NCBI RefSeq assembly: GCF_004010195.1
Contig: NC_057719.1
Location: 46,858,653-46,900,918, forward strand
Source: Chiloscyllium plagiosum
Taxonomy: Eukaryota
Length of the DNA stretch: 42,266 nucleotides
Reading direction: 5' to 3'
Within the stretch, counting starts at the first letter, position 1; every line of letters begins with the position of its first letter. Below are positions 35,214 through 42,266 of the stretch, one piece after another. The translations under genes and the position numbers were made by a program. A model generated the notes under the pieces. It ran no database searches. It was not told where the DNA came from and saw only the letters and a list, made by a program, of their open reading frames with translations.

Positions 35214-37483
35214 GTTAGACCAAACGAAATAGGAACAGGAGTAGACCATTCAACCCCTCAAGCCTGCTCTGCCATTTAATAGGATCATGGCAGATCGGAC
35301 ATTCCTCACATTCACTTTCCTGTGTTTTCACCATACTGATTCCCTTACTGATCAAGAGTCTATCTATCAAACTAAGCCTGAAATATACACAAGGACTCTG
35401 CCCCCACAGCTCTCTGCAGCTGGACGCTCCAAGAGTCACAACATTTTGAGAGAAGTAATTTCTCCTTGTCTTAGCCTTAAATTGGCATCCCTTTATTCTG
35501 AGACTATGTCTTCTGGTCCTCGACTTTCCACTAGGGGAAACATCCTCTCAGCATTTAACCTGTCAAACCCCTTAAGAATCCTTAATATTTCACGAGATCA
35601 CCTCTCATTCTCCTAAACTCCTGTGAGTAGAGTCTCAACATGTTTAGCCTTTGCTCATAAGACAATCACTCTACACCAGGGATCATCCTAGTGAACCTTC
35701 TCTGAACTGCCTCCGTTGAAATAATATCTGTCCTTAAATAACGGGACGAAAACTGCTCACAGTACTCCAGGTAAGGTCTCACCAGCACCTTATACAGTTT
35801 CAGCAAGACTTCTCTACCCTTATAGAACCCCCTTTGAAATAAAAGTCAGCATCCATTAGCTGAAGACCCCTTTTACCTGTGTGCTAGTTTTCCATGTTTC
35901 ATGCATAAGTATCCCAAGTTCTTTTGTGTTGCAGCTTTCTGTAGTTTTTCTCTTTTTAAAAAATGAACAACATCCCATTTTCCCACATCAAATCCACTTG
36001 CTAACTTTTTGCCCCATATGTAACCCATTGATATCTTTCAGTGCACTGTTTTAACTCTCTCACAACTGTTCTTTGCACCTACTTTTCTGTCACATACAAA
36101 TTTGGCTCACTTGCTTCCTCCAAGTCATTAATATATATTGTAAACAGTTGCGATCCCAACACTGATACCTGCAGAATCCCACTGGTTGCCAGTCTTAAAA
36201 AAAATTCCCTTATCCTCACCCATTGTTTCCTGCCCATTAAACAAACCTCTATCCATGCCAATATACTACCTTCAACACTATGGGCTCTTACCTTTCAACT
36301 TAACCTTTTGTGAGATACCTAGTCGAATGCCTTCTGGAGATTCAAATATAACACACCCAACCCTCTCTGCACTCTGGTTGAGATTCCTTCATAAAACTCT
36401 AATAAATTATTCAGGACACAATTTCCATTTCATGAAGCCATGCTGACTCTATCTGATTAGATTTTGATTTTCCAAATATGTTGCTATTACTTCCTTAATT
36501 ATTGATACCAATACTTTTCCAACCATAGATGTTAGTCTAATCGGTCTAAACCCACGTTTTGCCTCCCTCCATTTTTGAATAAGGATGTCACATTGGCATA
36601 TTTCCAATCCTTCAGTAATTCTCCAGAATCCAAGGATTTTTGGAAAATTACAACCAATGCATCCACTATTCTGTAGCTATTTCTTTTAGGATTGAAAGAT
36701 GCAAACCATTAGGGTCAGGGGACGTTTCTGCCACTAGCCCTGATATGAATACTACTTCTATAGTGATGATGATGGTTTCTAATTCCTCCTTGTATTCTTT
36801 AGCATTATTGGGATGTTCAGAATATCTCCCACCACAAGGAGACTGACGCAAGATATATGTTCAATTCCTCTGCCGTTTTCTTGTTCCTCAAAGCCATCTT
36901 CCCAGATATATTTTCAAAGGGGTCTATGTTCACTTTGACCTGTCTTTTCTTTTTCATGTATTTCAAAAGTTTTTATTGTCAGTTTTATACTCCTCATTAG
37001 ATTGCCCTTGTAATTTGTTTTCTCTCTTTTATTCAGCTTTTCAGTCCTCCTTTGCTGGATTCTCAATTTATCCCAGACTTCAGGGCTATTACTGACTTTT
37101 GCCTCCTTACATTCTTTTCCTGTCAATTTAATACTCTCCTTAACCTCATTGGTTAGCCATAGTTGGTTTATCCCTCGCTTAGAATCTTTACTCCGTACTG
37201 GGATTTTTGTTTTTTTTTTGCTGAGAGTCATGAATTACTTCCTTAAATGTCTACCTTTGCTTGTTTAATGTTTTTCATGCTAATCCATCAGCCCAGTCCA
37301 CTTTAGCTAACTCTACCTTCATTTCATTGTAATTCCCTATATTTAAGTTCAACACAGTTTTAAAACCCAAGTTTCTCACACACAAACGGAATAATCATGT
37401 TATGATCACTATTTCCTTGGAAATCATTTTTAAACCCGCTTTATTACCCATTCCTAGGTCTCAGATAGCCTGTACCCTGATTG
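35214..37483 (-). mobile_element. Older CR1 subfamily, about 2.3 kb of ORF2 and 3' UTR
   Basis: TSPDPNGLHLSILKEIATE and LATSGILQVSVLGSQLFTIYINDLE; 3' UTR at 35214-35300. Confidence 0.9.
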
Positions 37484-38114
37484 GAGGGAGGGACCAAAGA
37501 AAAAGAAATAGGTGATTTGGATGGCTGGCCAATGCATTCCTTCCCCTGAGGAGTTGCCTAAGGATAACTAGGATCAGGTCAGCTACCCACTTCATGAAGG
37601 CAGGGAGTTAGGGAGGGCTACGGACCCTTAAGAGAACTGGAGACTCTCTGCTCCAATGATAGAGCTATGGGGATCAAACATTTCAACTGTCTTTTATCAC
37701 TTCCAAGGAGAACATTTCCTTCCAGTGTAATGGCCCTACCTCCTTCAGACTTCTTTAGTTGATGGCTTCTCTGCTAGTTATTGTGAGTGAATCCATTTTG
37801 AGGTGTCCACATATTCATGTGCATGCCTCTGTAGCACGGATAACTCAAAGTAGCACTTCCAGCCTTCCATTGTTCAAGACCTCCAACTATCATCCTTAAA
37901 AGTGCCAACTAGCATGGAGAGTGCCAATTTGGAGGCCATCTCCTGGAAGATTGCCCCATTTGCCTTGCTGGCCCTCCTATTGAGGCAAGAGGCGGCAGGA
38001 TGAATCTGTTCTTTAATTTTGTTTGTCTCCAAAAGGGTGTTGCTTGACTTGCAGAGAATTTCCGCTCTTTATTCTCTATTTCAACTATCCAATATCCACA
38101 GCATTTTGCTTTTG

Positions 38115-38365
38115 CATCAGCCAGAACACGAGACCTCGTCCTACACTTCTTCAAAACAATGCAATAGGATCTTTTTAACCTCCAACTGTGAAGGCTAAGA
38201 GAGCCTTGGTTTAATGATTCATCCAAAAGTCATCATGTTTGACAGTGCAGCAGGCCAGCAGGGCTACACTTGGAATGTCAGCCTGAAATATGGGTTCAAT
38301 CTCTGGGATAGGATTTGAACACACTACCCTCTAATTCAGAGTCCAGTGTGCTAGTAACTGAGTTG
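38115..38365 (-). mobile_element. Deu-domain SINE 5' half
   Basis: Reverse complement has gtgttcaaatcc (B box), ggctgacattccaagtgtag, ggatgaatcattaaaccaagg and aaagatcctattgca. Confidence 0.6.
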
Positions 38366-38636
38366 AGATTTACCATGTAATTAAGAAACAAACCATGTGA
38401 AACATGGTATAGGTGTTTTCCTAGAGTTATGAGTTAACTTGTTTATCATACTTATACTTCTGTGGTTCATCTATCATAGTGAATAATTATTTTTCACAAA
38501 TAATTTTACGTATAATAAGTAGATGCTCAGGTATTCCAAAGCAAAACATTTCCAAAATTATTGTTGCACACTTCACTCAATATTTTCAGAAAACAACTAT
38601 AAAAGTGTTGAATTTGTCACTTGCTATGTATCTAAG

Positions 38637-38839
38637 GTAGACAGGCAGGAGGCTGGGAGAACACAGCAAGCCAGGCAGCATCAGGATGTGGACAAGTCAA
38701 CATTTCGAGTGTAACCCTTCTTCAGGACCCAAAACGTTGACTTCTCCACCTCCTGATGCTGCCTGGCTTGCTGTGTTCTCCCAGCCTCCTGCTTGTCTAT
38801 CTTGGATTTCAGCATCTGCAGTTTTTGTTTACTCTAACC
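38637..38839 (+). mobile_element. Family C Penelope-derived foldback element
   Basis: Inverted arms 38637-38704 and 38732-38799. Minus-strand HHR CTGAAGA-A-GGGT-TAC-ACTC-GAAAT-GTT at 38696-38727. Exact 11-bp TSD atgtatctaag at 38626-38636 and 38840-38850. Confidence 0.85.
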
Positions 38840-38906
38840 ATGTATCTAAGTCAAGCAATAGTTCAGTAGTACACCATTCCTGTTGTATTGCAGTGAAATA
38901 ATAAGT

Positions 38907-39440
38907 AGACTCACAGAGTCATACAGCACGGAAACAGACATTTCAGTCCAACCTATCCATATCAACCAGACATCCCAATCAGACCTAGTCCCATTTGCCT
39001 GCATTTAGTCCATATGCCTCCAAATGTTTCCTATTCATATACCCATCCAAATGCCTTTTAAATGTTGCGATTATACCAGCCTCCACCACTTCCTCTGGCA
39101 GCTCATTCCATAAACGTACCACCCTCTGTGTGAAAAAGTTACCTCATAGGTCTCTTTCATATCTTTCCCCTCTCACCCTAAACCTATGCCCTCTAGTTCT
39201 GGATACCCCGACCCCAGGGAAAAGACTTTGCCTATTTACTCTATCCATGCCCCTCATAATTTTGTAAACCTCTATCAGGTCACCCCTCAGCCTCCACCAC
39301 TTCCTTGTTCCATACATGCACCACCCTCTGCTTGAAAATGTTATTCCTCAAGTCCTTTTTATCTCTTTCCCCTCTCACCTTAAACCCTCTAGTTTTGGAC
39401 TCTTCCACACCAGGGTAAATGACCTTGGCTATCTTCCCCA
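38907..39440 (-). mobile_element. CR1 3' end followed by a second overlapping CR1 fragment
   Basis: Tail at 38907. 39287-39440 repeats the cagcctccaccacttcc...caccaccctctg segment already seen at 39077-39129. Confidence 0.85.
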
Positions 39441-39564
39441 TCCTCCTCCCACTGTGGGGTTGAACAATTTTCCTCTTTTCTTCTTGTTTTCTTTTCCTTA
39501 TCCCCACAATTGCACAGTGGCTGTTTGGCCAAAGTGCTTTCTAATGCTAAATTGACAGGAAATC

Positions 39565-39765
39565 ATTGAGAGTATAGGAGTTGGATTGTCATGTTGCAGC
39601 TGTACAGAACATTGGTGAGGTCACTTTTGGAGTACTGGTCACCCTTCTATAGGAAGGATCTTGTTAAGCTTGAGACAGTGCAGAAAAGATTTACAAGGAT
39701 GGTGTTGGCACTGGAGGGTTTGAGTTGTTGGGAGAGGCTGAATTGGCTGGGGCTATTTTCCTGGA
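39565..39765 (+). mobile_element. CR1 RT C-terminal fragment
   Basis: MLQLYRTLVRSLLEY..KLETVQKRFTRM..ERLNWLGLFS. Confidence 0.85.
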
Positions 39766-39900
39766 ACAGTCACACCATGTAGCTCAAGCTGTCAGTTATG
39801 CCTCTTCCCCTAAATCTGAGCATTACACCTTGATTTACTCAAGTAAGCATTCAGATTGTTTGAAGTAATACAGTGAAAGATCATGAGGCTGATTACTAGT

Positions 39901-40008
39901 TCAAAGTTTGGGAGAAGATTTGTAGCCCGGGTGCTCGTTGTTGTGGTTCTGTTCGCCGAGCTGTCTTCCTGTTTGTCCTATATAGTGTTTTGTGCAGTCC
40001 TTGCTTGG
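39901..40008 (-). mobile_element. 108-bp Penelope-like chimera: YIG motif fused to a family D-type terminus
   Basis: Minus strand 40008-39959 encodes PSKDCTKHYIGQTGRQL, then gctacaaatcttctc as at 31971-31985. Exact 10-bp TSD gattactagt at 39891-39900 and 40009-40018. Confidence 0.8.
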
Positions 40009-40591
40009 GATTACTAGTATCTGGGAATAGAGTTATAAAGAAACTTCATATTGTTATTTAGAATGCTGAAGTAGAAGAATGTCTAATCAGAAGAGCTAGG
40101 TTCAATCTAAAAAGCACAGTAGAATACCATCAAGAACTGACCACATTATCTAAGTTATGGTAATGGAGGCAAAATCAAAGGGATCATTCCAAGAGTTGGC
40201 TGGAGAAGATATTTTATTTCTTTAGGGCAAAGAAGTTTGGACCAAATGTTCTTTTTCTGGTCTTTCTGATCATGGAGCAGTTTTTACTGGAACATTCCAA
40301 AATATCATATAAGTAGTGTTCATAATTACAAAGAGTGTCATTTTGGTCTAAATTTCAGATACGTGACTGTTTGCCATCTATTTCTCTCTAATGTTTTGGA
40401 TTATAGCAAAGCTTGAAGTGATAGATGTATTCTCAATCTTCAATATTTCAGTTTGTGAAAAATTATAACATACAACACAACAGCAAAGACTGAAATCATA
40501 ACAGTCAGTCCAAAATGGACACCTCTTCATAGAGTAAAGCAAATTAAGAATCCAAGTCCCATATTTTGAAACTAGGTCTATATTCCCAGAA

Positions 40592-40711
40592 GTTGAAACT
40601 TTTTTGCTGGAACAGCACAGCAGGTCAGGCAGATGCTGCCTGACCTGCTGTGCTGTTCCAGCAATAAAGTTTCAACTTTGATCTCCAGCATCTGCAGACC
40701 TCACTTTCTCC
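40592..40711 (+). mobile_element. Family A foldback mini-element (young subfamily), HHR absent
   Basis: Arms of about 43 bp around a 3-nt loop. Exact 15-bp TSD tctatattcccagaa at 40577-40591 and 40712-40726. Confidence 0.9.
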
Positions 40712-40818
40712 TCTATATTCCCAGAATCAAAGCATGTAAATGCAGAAGAGCTGAGGCATTATATACTCATAATTCTTGAGTTAACGCCCATTGGTATAAG
40801 ATAGTTTTTTTTATTGTG

Positions 40819-41010
40819 GGGTTAAAGAAAACTCAAAAGAACTGTGAACACTGGAAATTTGAAACAAATACAGAAATTTCTGGAAAATCTCAGCAGATCT
40901 GGCAGCATCTGGGAAGAAACCAGAGTCAACATTTCGTGTCCAGTGATCCTTCTTCAGACCCTTCTTTGAGTTCTGAAGAAGGGTGACTGGACCCGAAACA
41001 TTAACTCTGA
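40819..41010 (-). mobile_element. Family B foldback element with two divergent HHR motifs
   Basis: Plus strand CTGAAGA(40973)-A-GGGT-GACTGG-ACCC-GAAAC-ATT, with a decayed mirror at 40927-40957. TSD ttttattgtg at 40809-40818 and 41011-41020. Confidence 0.85.
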
Positions 41011-41659
41011 TTTTATTGTGATACTTATTGGATATTCTTTATTGTGCAGTTACTGTTATGGCATCACAGAGAGGTGAGCTGATTGATATAGGAGGGAGTG
41101 GGACTAAAAAGAGGTTATCAGGGATTTGATTGCTAGTTTATGCTGCCAGGTATTTATGCACATTCAATTCAGCAGTGGCATGAGACTCTCTCTTGGGATA
41201 GTTCTTGTTTTCACTGTTGCTAGCTGAAAGTTCAAAATTTAGTTTAATCAAGGTAGGATCAGGAGAAAATTAGCTTCATTGATGGATGCAATAAGACCTT
41301 TCAGTTTGGTGAGTTTGTCCCAGAGAACTGTGATAATTTGTGCATCACAATATGCACATTCTCTATCTCAACCAAAGCCATTGATCACCTGGGAGAGACA
41401 AATAAAATTTCAAAAGCCAATTTAATTTTGGGGAAGAAATACTATTTTGTAATAATTCTATACCATACCAATCTTTCATTAAAGGTGATCTCCAACTCAG
41501 TCAGAAACTGCTCCCTCCCCACTTAAATAAAATTCAGCAACACAACCTCCACCACCCAAGCTGACAGTCTGTTCCAGAGGAACTCTGGAAAGACATCACC
41601 TCCAGGTATCTGACCCAGTCCTGGCCGTAAACAATTTAAAATTGTGACAAATGGTCCTT

Positions 41660-41786
41660 GCTGAAGAAGGGCTTATGCCCGAAACGTCGATTCTCCTGCT
41701 CCTTGGATGCTGCCTGACCTGCTGCGCTTTTCCAGCAACACATTTTTCAGAACTGATCTCCAGCATCTGCAGTCCACACTTTCTCC
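41660..41786 (+). mobile_element. Family A solo terminal repeat beginning at the HHR core
   Basis: Exact 13-bp TSD acaaatggtcctt at 41647-41659 and 41787-41799. Confidence 0.9.
41661..41690 (+). ncRNA. Minimal hammerhead ribozyme core (native 5' stem I strand missing)
   Basis: CTGAAGA-A-GGGC-TTAT-GCCC-GAAAC-GTC; predicted cleavage after C41688. Confidence 0.7.
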
Positions 41787-41804
41787 ACAAATGGTCCTTC
41801 CCCA

Positions 41805-42266
41805 GAATGTTCTCACAGGGGAGAGGGGCCAGCAAGAGGTCATTGTCCACTTTGGAACCAAAGATATAGGAAGGAAAAAGGTTGAGACTCTGAAGGGAGA
41901 TTACAGAGAGTTAGGCAGGAATTTAAAAAGGAGGTCCTCAAGGGTAGTAATATCTGGATTACTCCCGGTGCTACGAGCTAGTGAGGGCAGGAATAGGAGG
42001 ATAGAGCAGATGAATGCATGGCTGAGGAACTGGTGTATGGGAGAAGGATTCACATTTTTGGATCATTGGAATCTCTTTTGGGGTAGAAGTGACCTGTACA
42101 AGAAGGACGGATTGCACCTAAATTAGAAGGGGACTAATATACTGGCAGGGAAATTTGCTAGAACTACCTGGGAGGATTTAAACTAGTAAGGTGGGGGAGG
42201 TGGGACCCAGGGAGATAGTGAGGAAAGAGATAGATCGGAGACTGGTACAGTTGAGAACAGAAGTGA
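41805..42266 (+). mobile_element. CR1 LINE ORF1 (SGNH esterase domain) and inter-ORF region, running off the window
   Basis: VIVHFGTKDIG...RVVISGLLPV...FLDHWNLFWGRSDLYKKDGLHLN* (GTND-like and DGLH blocks), with a premature stop at 42124-42126. Confidence 0.9.

Noticed and set aside
3366..41786. Foldback elements as DNA-transposon MITEs or pre-miRNA genes
   Set aside because: Arms are asymmetric with variable endpoints, TSD length varies, and the sequence is contiguous with PLE GIY-YIG remnants.
41707..42126. 139-aa ORF as a novel esterase gene
   Set aside because: Chance read-through from a PLE terminal repeat into a 5'-truncated CR1 ORF1 that has a premature stop.

Overview
Eukaryotic, repeat-saturated genomic DNA with three assembly gaps (1215-1913, 21527-22059, 22439-22466). 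The repeat set (HE1-like V-SINE, Deu-domain SINE, esterase-type CR1 LINEs with short tandem-repeat tails) points to an elasmobranch (shark) genome; this is inference. Most long ORFs in the track are decayed CR1 fragments or their antisense shadows. Other content: a decayed Gypsy gag-protease relic, older LINE RT relics, and up to three candidate plus-strand exons of an unidentified host gene, which would make the window mostly intronic. The most notable signal is about 20 short Penelope-like-element (PLE) derivatives in at least four sequence families. They carry a minimal type I hammerhead ribozyme (HHR) motif, CTGA(T/A)GA-N-stemII-GAAAC-GT(C/T), about 100 nt from their 3' end. Many are foldback palindromes flanked by 6-15 bp target-site duplications (TSDs), and two are physically linked to GIY-YIG endonuclease coding remnants. 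All calls are by eye; boundaries of old repeats are approximate.
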